This document shows, piece by piece, positions 19,165 through 27,022 of a DNA stretch of 64,000 bases; the first letter of the stretch is position 1; every line of letters starts with the position of its first letter. The stretch covers positions 24,902 through 88,901 of the forward strand of contig JBOGWS010000021.1 in the NCBI GenBank assembly GCA_050693895.1, in the 5' to 3' direction. The notes under the pieces are model-generated. The model ran no database searches, had not been told where the DNA came from, and saw only the letters and a program-made list of their open reading frames with translations. The DNA is from Actinomycetota bacterium. Lineage in GTDB: Bacteria > Actinomycetota > CADDZG01 > WHSQ01. The translations under genes were made by a program, and so were the position numbers.

Positions 19165-20271
19165 CTAGATATCTACTTCGCTGCGCTCGACCCTGTACCC
19201 GAGTCCCATGAGTGCTCCGACCAGGGATTCCGCCCTTTCGGTACCGGACACGACGAGCTCCAACCGCCCCTGGCCACCCTCGGTGGAGTGGACGATACGA
19301 AGGTCCTCGATGTTGGCTCCGAGCTGGCCGGCGGCCGTCGTGACCTCGGCGAGCACTCCCGGGCGGTCGGGCACCATCAGGGTAAGGCCTACGGGCTCGC
19401 CTCCGAAGTCAGGCTTGGAGAAAACGTCGAGGCGGGCCCGGCGCGAGCGATCGAGCCACGATCGGAGCTCGTCCCAACGCTGCAGCGAGATCATCGAGGT
19501 CACCGCCTCGAGGCGGTGACCGAGGCCTCCGAGACTCTCGAGTACCGCTTGACGGTTCGATCGGATGATGGCGACCCACAGATCCGGGTTGCTGGCTGCT
19601 ATGCGCGTCACGTCGCGAAACCCGCCGCCCGCGAGACCGAGCAGAGCCTCCCGGTCGCCGGCCGCTATCGCGACGTCCACGAGAGCGCTTGCGGTCAGCT
19701 GGGGAAGGTGGCTGAGACGGGCCACCAGCGTGTCGTGAGTCGATGGTTCGAGCGCTACCGGGCGCGCGCCAAGAGCCACGACCACCGACGCCACGGTCGA
19801 GTATGTCCTCGATGCCGTGGCGGACGTCGGCGTCACTATCCACCAGGCGTCATCGAACAGATCCGCGTTCGCCGCGTCGATTCCGTGTCTCTCCGATCCC
19901 GACATCGGGTGCCCGCCCACGAAGGCGGCGCCCAGACACCGTTCCCCCGCGGCTACCACCTGCGTCTTCGCACTTCCCGCATCGGTCACGATCGTGCCCG
20001 GGTCCACGTACGACGCGATGCGCTCGAGCACGCCGGGGATGAGATCGACGGGGGTGGCGACCACCACGAGGTCGACTCCCCCGGCCGCGTCCTCGAGGGA
20101 ATCTGCCGCCGCGCCGATCGCGCCGCACTCGAGCGCGGCCGCAACCGCCTGCGGGTCCACGTCGAAGCCAACGACCTGCTCGACCCCCGCCCGCCTCCTG
20201 AGACCGAGTCCGATCGACCCTCCGATCAATCCCAGACCGACGATCCCCACGCGCCCGACCGCATCCGTCAT
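19165..20271 (-). CDS. tyrA: prephenate dehydrogenase with C-terminal ACT domain
   Basis: Rossmann motif VGIVGLGLIGGSIG, HPMSG motif, ACT-like tail LMVPDRPGVLAEVT. Internal ATG at 20271 chosen; the track extension to 20331 overlaps aroH. Confidence 0.85.
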   Translation of the reverse strand: MTDAVGRVGIVGLGLIGGSIGLGLRRRAGVEQVVGFDVDPQAVAAALECGAIGAAADSLEDAAGGVDLVVVATPVDLIPGVLERIASYVDPGTIVTDAGSAKTQVVAAGERCLGAAFVGGHPMSGSERHGIDAANADLFDDAWWIVTPTSATASRTYSTVASVVVALGARPVALEPSTHDTLVARLSHLPQLTASALVDVAIAAGDREALLGLAGGGFRDVTRIAASNPDLWVAIIRSNRQAVLESLGGLGHRLEAVTSMISLQRWDELRSWLDRSRRARLDVFSKPDFGGEPVGLTLMVPDRPGVLAEVTTAAGQLGANIEDLRIVHSTEGGQGRLELVVSGTERAESLVGALMGLGYRVERSEVDI

Positions 20272-20296
20272 CTCTAAGCTTCTACTTGAACGTTTG

Positions 20297-20668
20297 TCAT
20301 TCAAGAAGGTCCGTCCTGAGTTGCTCGGCACCCTCGAGATAGACGTGGCGCAGGGTCTCGTCTGCTCTGGTGGTGTACAGATGCATGAGCACCCGGATAC
20401 ACCTCGGCACCGATCCCGGCACGTCGATCTCGCGGGCGCAGAGGAGTGGGACCGAGGAGAGGCCCAGCGTGCGGGCGGCGGCGGCCGGAAACTCGGCCGA
20501 GAGGTCCGACGTCGTCGTGAAGATCATGCTGACGAGATCCTCGGTGGCGACCCCGTTGCGGCCGATCATCTCGGCGAGAAGGCGTTCGGTCGCATCGACG
20601 ATGGCCCGGCCCTCATCGGCCGTTGCCGTTGTTGCCCCCCTCAGGGCCCGTAGTCTTTGGTCGGCCAC
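20297..20668 (-). CDS. aroH: chorismate mutase, AroH class
   Basis: LRGATT...DLVSMIFTTTSDL.AEFPA...CAREIDVPGS.PRCIRVLMH matches the remembered B. subtilis AroH pattern. GTG at 20668 with GAGGAG SD preferred over the TTG at 20686. Confidence 0.8.
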   Translation of the reverse strand: MADQRLRALRGATTATADEGRAIVDATERLLAEMIGRNGVATEDLVSMIFTTTSDLSAEFPAAAARTLGLSSVPLLCAREIDVPGSVPRCIRVLMHLYTTRADETLRHVYLEGAEQLRTDLLE

Positions 20669-20690
20669 TTGTCTCCTCGTAATCAAATCG

Positions 20691-20709
20691 GCTTGTCGAC
20701 AAATCTACC
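20691..20709. repeat. palindromic motif copy (GCTTGTCGACAAATCTACC), about 25 nt upstream of aroH start
   Basis: Read directly. Contains the perfect 10-mer TTGTCGACAA (20693-20702). Confidence 0.65.
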
Positions 20710-20784
20710 TATCGACTCTCTGAACGGAGCTCATACCACGCGAATACGCTGCTCAGAGCCCTCCGACGCCAAATCACCTTGTGG

Positions 20785-20800
20785 TCTTGTCGACAAACAA
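20785..20800. repeat. palindromic motif copy (TCTTGTCGACAAACAA) just downstream of rluB stop
   Basis: Read directly. Contains the perfect 10-mer TTGTCGACAA (20787-20796). Confidence 0.65.
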
Positions 20801-20806
20801 ACTCGT

Positions 20807-21550
20807 CTACAACCCGGCGGCCCGGTAGAGCTCACGCACTTCATCCGGCTTCAGCCGCCGGTAGGTCGCAGGCTTCAGGCGGCCAAGCATAAGCGGGCCT
20901 ATGGCGGTGCGGACTAGCCGCCTGACGGGGTGACCCACTGCCTCCAGCATGCGCCTGATCTGGCGATTGCGCCCCTCGGCCAGGGAGATCTCGATGAGGG
21001 TGCCCCCGGGAGTCCGTTCCACGAGGCGGGCCCGCGTCGGGGCCGTCACCCCGTCGTCCAGTTCCACGCCTCTGGCGATCTGACGCACGGTCCTGTCCTT
21101 CACGCTCCCCTCGACCTCCGCCAGATAGGTCTTGTGTACGCCGTAGCGGGGATGGGTGAGCCTCAGGGCCAGGTCTCCGTCGTTGGTCAGAAGGAGAGCT
21201 CCCCCGCTGTCCAGGTCGAGTCGCCCGACCGGATAGACGCGGGCGTCGACCTCGTCGAGCAGATCGACAACCGTTTCCCTTCCGGCCTCGTCACTCGCGG
21301 TGGTGACCACCCCGACCGGCTTGTTCATCAGGTAGTAGACGAGATCGGCAGACAGGGGGACGCGCGAACCATCAACCTCTACTACATCCTTCGACGGATC
21401 GATCCGGCGACCCAGCTCGACTCGTTTGCCGTTGACCCGGATGCGTCCCCTGACGATCATCTCCTCGATCGCTCGGCGGGACGCGACGCCGGCTCGGGCC
21501 AGCACCTTTTGGATCCGCTCCCCCTCCGGAGCGGATTCCCCCCGGCTCAT
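20807..21550 (-). CDS. rluB: pseudouridine synthase, RluB/RsuA family
   Basis: N-terminal S4 domain (RIQKVLARAGVASRRAIEEMI) and catalytic motif VYPVGRLDLDSGGALLLTNDG. Confidence 0.85.
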   Translation of the reverse strand: MSRGESAPEGERIQKVLARAGVASRRAIEEMIVRGRIRVNGKRVELGRRIDPSKDVVEVDGSRVPLSADLVYYLMNKPVGVVTTASDEAGRETVVDLLDEVDARVYPVGRLDLDSGGALLLTNDGDLALRLTHPRYGVHKTYLAEVEGSVKDRTVRQIARGVELDDGVTAPTRARLVERTPGGTLIEISLAEGRNRQIRRMLEAVGHPVRRLVRTAIGPLMLGRLKPATYRRLKPDEVRELYRAAGL

Positions 21551-22110
21551 GCGTTGGGGGAGAGCTTGGCCTCCATGTCTCCAACCTCCTCTGCGCTGGG
21601 CATGAACTCCACCAGCGGCGGCAGGTCGTCGACGGACTTCAGGCCCATGCGCTCCAGAAACTCGTCGCTGACGGCGAACAGGACCGGGGCCCCCGGAGTG
21701 TCATCGTGACCCGATTCCCTGATCAGCCCACGCTGAAGCAGGGTCTTGACGACCCCGTCGGAATCGACACCCCGAATCTCGGTGATCTGCGTGCGAGACA
21801 GCGGACCCCTGTAGGCGATGACGGCCAGAACCTCCAACGCCGCTCCGGTTAGGCGTGAGTGGGAGTGGCGCAGCACGAATCGTTCGAGCCACGGGGCGCA
21901 CTCGGGACTCGAGTAGAGGCGCCAGCCGCCGGCCGTCTCGCGCAGCAGGAACCCACGGTCGTCGTCCTCGTAGTCGTTGGCCAGCTCGGCAAGCAGGCCT
22001 TCGACCTCGGCGCTGGGCCGCTCGAGGACCTCCCCGATGACGCGTGCGGGGACCGGCTCGTCGGCCAGCAAGAGGATCGACTCGATGATCTTGCGTTCGG
22101 GAACGATCAC
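21547..22110 (-). CDS. scpB: segregation and condensation protein B
   Basis: IIESILLLADEPV...L.VIAYRGPLSRTQI..IRGV pattern. GTG at 22110 with GAAGGAGG SD and a GTGA overlap with the scpA stop. Gly/Arg-rich track extension rejected. Confidence 0.85.
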   Translation of the reverse strand: MIVPERKIIESILLLADEPVPARVIGEVLERPSAEVEGLLAELANDYEDDDRGFLLRETAGGWRLYSSPECAPWLERFVLRHSHSRLTGAALEVLAVIAYRGPLSRTQITEIRGVDSDGVVKTLLQRGLIRESGHDDTPGAPVLFAVSDEFLERMGLKSVDDLPPLVEFMPSAEEVGDMEAKLSPNA

Positions 22111-22901
22111 GACTGAGCCTCCTTCTGCAGGTCGATGGTGTACTCCTCTGCCTCTTCGACCACGTCCTCGGCCGCCACCTCGTCCGTCCACAGGGCTCGG
22201 ATCTCCCCGAAGCAGTCGTCTTGCGAGAGCTCGATCGCGCCCGCCTTGAACAGTTCGAGCAGGGCGAGGAACCGGACCACCACCTCGATCCGTTCATGGC
22301 TGGCAGCGCATAGGTCGGCGAACGCCACAGGGCCACCGCTTTGGAGCGCTGCCGAGATGTCACCGATGGCCTCCTTCACGGACGCGGTGATGGGCGACAC
22401 GTGAGAGGTGTCGAGTACGACTCGAGGCTTGGGGGCCAGAGCGAGCGCGGCCGCCGATGCGAGGTCGGCCGGCGACACCTTCGCCAGTAGGTCCGGAGCC
22501 AAACGGACGAATTGCGGCTCGAGCCCTGCCGTCCGCGCGAAGTACACGGCACCCTTCTCCAGGCCCACCGCGATGCAGGCCCCCGCCTCTCTCAGGGTCG
22601 ACAGTTCGACCAGACGCGCCAGGAGCATGTCGCGCTCCTCGAGCAGCCGGCTGTCGGCGTCGTCGAGGGACTGCGCGGGCAGGAGACGGGCTGATTTGAG
22701 CTCGAGCAGCGTCGCCGCCACCACAAGGAACCCCGTCACGGATTCGAGATCGAGGTCCTCGAGCTCCCCCACGGCCTCGAGGTACTCCTCGGTGATCGTG
22801 GAGATAGAGACCTCGTAGATGTCGACTCGCTGGCGCGTTATGAGATGCAGGAGAAGGTCTATCGGACCCTCGAACACCTCCAACTTGACCTCGTACGCCA
22901 T
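22107..22901 (-). CDS. scpA: segregation and condensation protein A
   Basis: MAYEVKLEVFEGPIDLLLHLI is the canonical ScpA N-terminus. Internal ATG at 22901 chosen. Confidence 0.85.
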   Translation of the reverse strand: MAYEVKLEVFEGPIDLLLHLITRQRVDIYEVSISTITEEYLEAVGELEDLDLESVTGFLVVAATLLELKSARLLPAQSLDDADSRLLEERDMLLARLVELSTLREAGACIAVGLEKGAVYFARTAGLEPQFVRLAPDLLAKVSPADLASAAALALAPKPRVVLDTSHVSPITASVKEAIGDISAALQSGGPVAFADLCAASHERIEVVVRFLALLELFKAGAIELSQDDCFGEIRALWTDEVAAEDVVEEAEEYTIDLQKEAQS

Positions 22902-22931
22902 GAGCCTACGGTCCTCGCCGTCTCTCCGGAA

Positions 22932-22953
22932 AGAGACTTGTCGATAAATGTAC
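22932..22953. repeat. motif copy AGAGACTTGTCGATAAATGTAC upstream of scpA
   Basis: Read directly. 19 of 22 nt identical to 25161-25182. Confidence 0.6.
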
Positions 22954-23065
22954 TTGTAAACAGATCCGCCCCAGGCGAGCCGACCCGCAACCAGCAACGA
23001 GCCTATAGCGGAGCCGCCTCGAGATCCCGCTTTTCGGTGCCTCATCGGCCGGGCGAAGGGCGGGT

Positions 23066-24076
23066 TCAGGGTCGGTGACCGAGACCCAACTTCGATCGGA
23101 CGTCGACCATCGTGGACTCCGCGAACTCGTACGCTCGCCGGGCCCCGGTGTCCAGGAGGCGCTCGAGCTCGGCGCGGTCACCCACAAGATCCTCGTAGCG
23201 CTTCGTGATCGGCCTGAGATGCTCGACCACCGCCTCTGCCAGCGCCTGCTTGAACGCTGCGTAACCGCCCGATCGGTGGGTCGCCGCGAGCTCCTCCACC
23301 GGGGTGCCCTCCAGGGCCGAGAAGATGGTCAGCAGGTTGGTGAGGGCCGGCTTGTCCTCCCCCGCGATCACCTCGCGCCCGGAGTCGGTCACCGCCGATT
23401 TGATCCTCTTGGCGATCGATTCCGGTGAGTCGGCGAGGGAGATCGACGAGTTGGGCCTCTTCGCCGACTTGCTCATCTTCTGGGTCGGGTCGTCGAGGGC
23501 CATGATTCGAGCTCCCTCGGGCGAGATCTGAGCCTCGGGGATGACAAAGGTCTTCCCGAACGACTTATTGAAGCGTCCCCCGAGGTCCCTCATCAGCTCG
23601 ATGTGCTGCCGCTGGTCCTCCCCGACCGGTACCCCGTGGGCCTGGTACAGGAGCACATCGGCCGCCTGCAGCACGGGGTAGGTGAACAGGCCCGCGCCCA
23701 CCGACTCGGTATCTCCCCTCGACTTCTCCTTGAACTGCACCATTCGCCGCAGCTCTCCCATGCGAGCGACGCAGGTCAGGATCCACGCCAGCTCCGTGTG
23801 CTGGCCGACCTGAGACTGGCGGAAGAGCACGCTGCGGTCCGGGTCGATGCCACAGGCGATGAGCATGGCGCCCGAGTTCAGCGTCTCGACGCTCAGTTTC
23901 TTGGGGTCCCAGGGCAGGGTCAGGGCGTGGAGGTCGACGAGGCAGAAGAAGGAATCGTAGTCGTCTTGGAGCTCTACCCATCGCCGGATCGCGCCGATGT
24001 AGTTGCCCAGGTGGGGCTCGCCCGTGGGCTGGATACCGCTGAAGATGCGTCTTCGGGAGCTCTGAATAACGTTCAT
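23066..24076 (-). CDS. trpS: tryptophan--tRNA ligase
   Basis: Class I signatures: GEPHLGNYIG (HIGH-like) and KMSKS. ATG at 24076 (MNVIQSSRRRIFSGIQPTG) preferred to the GTG at 24106. Confidence 0.9.
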   Translation of the reverse strand: MNVIQSSRRRIFSGIQPTGEPHLGNYIGAIRRWVELQDDYDSFFCLVDLHALTLPWDPKKLSVETLNSGAMLIACGIDPDRSVLFRQSQVGQHTELAWILTCVARMGELRRMVQFKEKSRGDTESVGAGLFTYPVLQAADVLLYQAHGVPVGEDQRQHIELMRDLGGRFNKSFGKTFVIPEAQISPEGARIMALDDPTQKMSKSAKRPNSSISLADSPESIAKRIKSAVTDSGREVIAGEDKPALTNLLTIFSALEGTPVEELAATHRSGGYAAFKQALAEAVVEHLRPITKRYEDLVGDRAELERLLDTGARRAYEFAESTMVDVRSKLGLGHRP

Positions 24077-24138
24077 TCCTAGGTTTAGGCTTTTTCTATC
24101 CCCCACTGACTCGTGCTGGCGCCCTACAATACCGGGCC

Positions 24139-24783
24139 ATGCAATCTCCTCTGGAACTCCTGCGCGTCGAGCCTCTGGCCTTCTTCATGCTTGCGCTGTC
24201 GCTGGTTCTGTCGCTCTCGCTCCACGAGTTCGCCCACGCCTTCGTGGCCGACCTCCAGGGCGACCGTCTCCCTCGGGCCATGGGGCGGGTGACCATCAAC
24301 CCGGTCAGGCATCTCGATCCGCTCGGGACACTGCTCCTGTTGCTGGTGGGATTCGGCTGGGCGAAGCCGGTCGAGTTCCGTCCCTCGGCCCTGCGTTCTC
24401 GCCGATTCGGTGCGGCCCTCGTAGCTCTCGCCGGCCCGATGATGAATCTGCTGCTGGCCTTCGTGGGTTTCGTGGGACTTCGGGTGACCGGCTTCGATCC
24501 CTTCACCACCCAGGGCGGACTGACCGGCCAGGTCGCGACTTTCTGGATCTTCTTCGCCACCATCAACATCTTCCTTGCGGTCTTCAACCTCATCCCACTT
24601 CCACCGCTGGACGGCTCGCGCCTCCTCACCATCTTTCTGCCGCCCAGCAGGCAGAACATCATCTACTTCCTCGACAAGTACGGCTTCTTCATACTGCTCG
24701 GCCTCCTGCTGTTCGGCGGTCTGACTTTCCTCGAGCCCATCACTCTCGCCGTTCGCAGAACGATCTTCTACCTGGTCTTCTAG
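24139..24783 (+). CDS. site-2 protease family (M50) membrane metalloprotease
   Basis: HEFAHAFVA (HExxH) within a TM helix. Multiple hydrophobic segments and NLIPLPPLDGSRL motif. Confidence 0.8.
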   Translation: MQSPLELLRVEPLAFFMLALSLVLSLSLHEFAHAFVADLQGDRLPRAMGRVTINPVRHLDPLGTLLLLLVGFGWAKPVEFRPSALRSRRFGAALVALAGPMMNLLLAFVGFVGLRVTGFDPFTTQGGLTGQVATFWIFFATINIFLAVFNLIPLPPLDGSRLLTIFLPPSRQNIIYFLDKYGFFILLGLLLFGGLTFLEPITLAVRRTIFYLVF

Positions 24784-25064
24784 GACGACTCTACAGTTCC
24801 ACTTGAGTGTTAGAGTTTGTCCATGGATTCCAGCAGCCATACGCGGTCGAGGAAGGCGCGCTACTGCCCCCATCGACGCCGCCCGGGCCCACCAGACACC
24901 TGCTTTCGTTCCCCATCCGTACGAGCCCTCACGGGCGGCTTTCCTCGGACATCCTCCTCCTGGGGAGAGATCGCATTCCAGGAGGTTCCTTCGTCGCGCC
25001 GCGGTCCGCTGCTCCGACCGGGCATCTCGAACCCAGGCTTCCGTCACTCCGGCCAGACGACTAA

Positions 25065-25093
25065 TCTATTTATCTGCATGTCAACAAGTCGCC
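25065..25093. repeat. left arm of inverted motif pair (TCTATTTATCTGCATGTCAACAAGTCGCC)
   Basis: Read directly. Its reverse-complement counterpart lies at 25161-25187. Confidence 0.5.
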
Positions 25094-25160
25094 TTATTGA
25101 CTGAGCCTGCGGGCGCCCGGCCTGGTTGAAGCACACATCGACTAGTTGCTTCGACTACTT

Positions 25161-25182
25161 AGAGACTTGTCGCTAAATAGAC
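25161..25182. repeat. motif copy AGAGACTTGTCGCTAAATAGAC (right arm of inverted pair)
   Basis: Read directly. Near-identical to the scpA-upstream copy. Confidence 0.6.
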
Positions 25183-25550
25183 ATGTCATCTTGTTATCTC
25201 CTCTTCCCCGCCCGGTTAATGCCTTCACCCGCCACCGCAATCAGACCCGCTGCGAGCGAGAGGAGCCAAGGCGAGGGGGCCTTGGGGGCCCGTTCTAAGG
25301 ACCGGCCGTCTGATCAGTCGGTCCCCGCGTCGGGCCTGACCGCAGGCTCCCAGAAAGCAGTGAGCCGGCGACCTTGAGTAGGTGGGCGATGCGTTCGTGC
25401 GTCTAGTCGCAGGATGGTCTCCTCTGCCGATGGGCCACAACCGAGGTATAACTCTCAACTTAAGCTTTAGTCACATGCGAGTTGGGCCAGGATCTCCCAT
25501 GGCGAACCTCGTTCCTCCGCGCTCGCTCTCTCCGTTACAAAGCTTCGGCA

Positions 25551-25586
25551 CAAAAAAAGAGGGCCGGCAAAATGCTCCGGCCCTCT
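25551..25586 (-). terminator. intrinsic terminator of the parA-like operon
   Basis: Minus strand: perfect 10-bp stem AGAGGGCCGG / CCGGCCCTCT with a 9-nt loop, followed by TTTTTTT. Begins 15 nt after the stop at 25601. Confidence 0.85.
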
Positions 25587-25600
25587 TCTGTGGCGTTCGC

Positions 25601-25978
25601 TCAGTCGTTCAGCTTTCGGAGGAGCACCGAGTCCTCTCCACGAGCGCCGAAGTCCTCGAGGACGTACGCAACGGCCGCCCGCACGATCCGGCCCCGGTCG
25701 GCGGAGACCCCGTAGTCGGCCCTCAGCTCGAGCCTGGTCCGTTCTATCGCCATGAGATCCTCGGGCGTGCAATAGAACGTGATCTTCTCCTCGTGCTTGG
25801 GCGCCTTGGGCTTGGGAGCCGTCTCGGGCGCCGCTTCGGACACCGGGGTAGCGACTTGTAGCTTTGTCGACTTGGCGTCTTGTTTACTTGTCTCTGAGCT
25901 GGGACGTGTTTCTCTGGGTCGGTCTGAGGTCTTGCGGAAGAGCTCCTCAGCTCCGGGCAAACTGGCTCGACGAGACAC
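25601..25978 (-). CDS. small protein downstream of ParA-like ATPase, possible ribbon-helix-helix DNA-binding protein
   Basis: C-terminal 60 aa KITFYCTPEDLMAIERTRLELRADYGVSADRGRIVRAAVAYVLEDF fits a strand-helix-helix pattern. The N-terminal 45 aa are low-complexity and include an AT-rich motif copy. Alternative GTG start at 25843 gives 80 aa. Confidence 0.55.
   Translation of the reverse strand: MSRRASLPGAEELFRKTSDRPRETRPSSETSKQDAKSTKLQVATPVSEAAPETAPKPKAPKHEEKITFYCTPEDLMAIERTRLELRADYGVSADRGRIVRAAVAYVLEDFGARGEDSVLLRKLND
25861..25875. repeat. palindromic motif copy (GCTTTGTCGACTTGG) between parA-like stop and the alternative start of the small ORF
   Basis: Read directly. Sits in an AT-rich patch (25851-25894) that looks unlike coding sequence. 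Confidence 0.55.
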
Positions 25979-26867
25979 GCTCCATCACCTCCTTGGCGAG
26001 TCTTCTATAGGCGGCCGCCCCATGAGAGCCCGGGGCGTAGGACAGGATCGGCTGCCCCGCAACCGGGGCTTCGGCGAATCTAATGGTCTTGCGAACGACG
26101 GTATCGAACAGCTTTTCTCCAAACGCGTCCTCGACCGTGGTGAGGACCTCCTTGCTGTGGAGCGTCCGCCGGTCGAACATCGTCGCCACGATTCCATCAA
26201 CGTGAAGTCGAGGGTTAAGGCGCTCCTGTACGATCCCTATCGAGTGCATGAGCTGCGCCATGCCTCTCAGAGCGTAGTACTCGCACTCCAGCGGGATGAT
26301 GACCCCGTCCGCCGCGGTCAGGGCATTGACCGTCAGCAGGCCGAGGGATGGCATGCAGTCGATGAAGATGAAGTCGTAGCGCGACCTCAGCGGAGCGAGC
26401 ACCCGCAACAGCGACTGCTCCCTCGCAACCTCGCCCGAGAGCATGAGCTCGGCGGCCGAGAGGTCGATGTTCGACGGCAGGAGATCGAGGTTCTCGATCT
26501 GCGTCGGAGTAATTGCGTCATCGGGCGTCGTATCTCGATCCAGCAGGCAGTTGTAGATGGTGACCTCGATCTCGTCCGGCTGGTAGCCGAGTCCGATCGC
26601 GCAGCCTCCCTGAGGGTCGAAGTCGACCAGGAGGACCTTCTGCCCCAACTCGGCAAGCCCCGCCCCGAGGTTGATGGCCGAGGTCGTCTTGCCCACTCCC
26701 CCCTTCTGGTTGGCGAGAGCGATGATGCGAGCCGTACGTGCCGAATCATCGTCCGAGATCAGGTCGAGGCCGGGAGGGGTCGGCCGTGGCTCTTGCGGCG
26801 ACTCCTCACCCTGAGGCTCCTGCGCCCCCAGCACCTGAGTGGCTCCGTACCGGTGCGACTCCTCCAT
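25947..26867 (-). CDS. ParA/Soj-family ATPase (Rv1708/PldP-like position)
   Basis: Deviant Walker A NQKGGVGKTTSAINLG. DCMPSLG and ParA-type C-terminus. SD GGGAGG before the ATG. Confidence 0.85.
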   Translation of the reverse strand: MEESHRYGATQVLGAQEPQGEESPQEPRPTPPGLDLISDDDSARTARIIALANQKGGVGKTTSAINLGAGLAELGQKVLLVDFDPQGGCAIGLGYQPDEIEVTIYNCLLDRDTTPDDAITPTQIENLDLLPSNIDLSAAELMLSGEVAREQSLLRVLAPLRSRYDFIFIDCMPSLGLLTVNALTAADGVIIPLECEYYALRGMAQLMHSIGIVQERLNPRLHVDGIVATMFDRRTLHSKEVLTTVEDAFGEKLFDTVVRKTIRFAEAPVAGQPILSYAPGSHGAAAYRRLAKEVMERVSSSQFARS

Positions 26868-26890
26868 CCAGCCTCCCTGGGGTCGTCATG

Positions 26891-26911
26891 GATACTTGTC
26901 GACAAATCGCC
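26891..26911. repeat. palindromic motif copy (GATACTTGTCGACAAATCGCC), about 30 nt upstream of parA-like start
   Basis: Read directly. Contains the perfect 10-mer TTGTCGACAA (26896-26905). Confidence 0.65.
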
Positions 26912-27022
26912 TTGTGGGCCGCGGAGCGTATCTTGAAAGGACCCGCCACACAAGACCCAACTTCAGCCCCAGGAGCCACAGACCGCCCCGCGGGTGCAGT
27001 GGCGGCCGCGTCCAGAAGGGGG

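Noticed and set aside
24077-24138. T-box or other leader upstream of trpS
   Set aside because: Only 62 bp separate trpS from the divergent M50 protease gene. That is too short for a T-box, and no specifier or T-box sequence is visible.
25380-25430. Fluoride (crcB) riboswitch-like string GGGCGATGCGTTCG...GGATGGTCTCC
   Set aside because: The required pseudoknot and helix complementarity is not present, and there is no downstream crcB-type gene.
24784-25550. RNase P RNA, tmRNA or a tRNA remnant in the ORF-free region
   Set aside because: The minus strand has CGAGGAAAGCCG (similar to P4 GAGGAAAGTCCGG) and a T-arm-like CTGGGTTCGAGATGCCCGGTCGGAGCA. GGGTGAAA...GGTAAGAGC, ACAGAACCCGGC, a GGGG...TTCGAC 5' end, an ...LAA tag frame and a CCA-adjacent acceptor are all missing, and the AT-rich core interrupts any single RNA.
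6011-26911. Reading the TTGTCGACAA motif as DnaA boxes/oriC, as parS or as dif
   Set aside because: It is one mismatch from the actinobacterial DnaA box TTGTCCACA, but the copies are spread over 20 kb next to unrelated operons rather than clustered near dnaA. It does not resemble parS (TGTTTCACGTGAAACA). The 25065-25093 region lacks the CATAA-N6-TTATG arms of a dif site.
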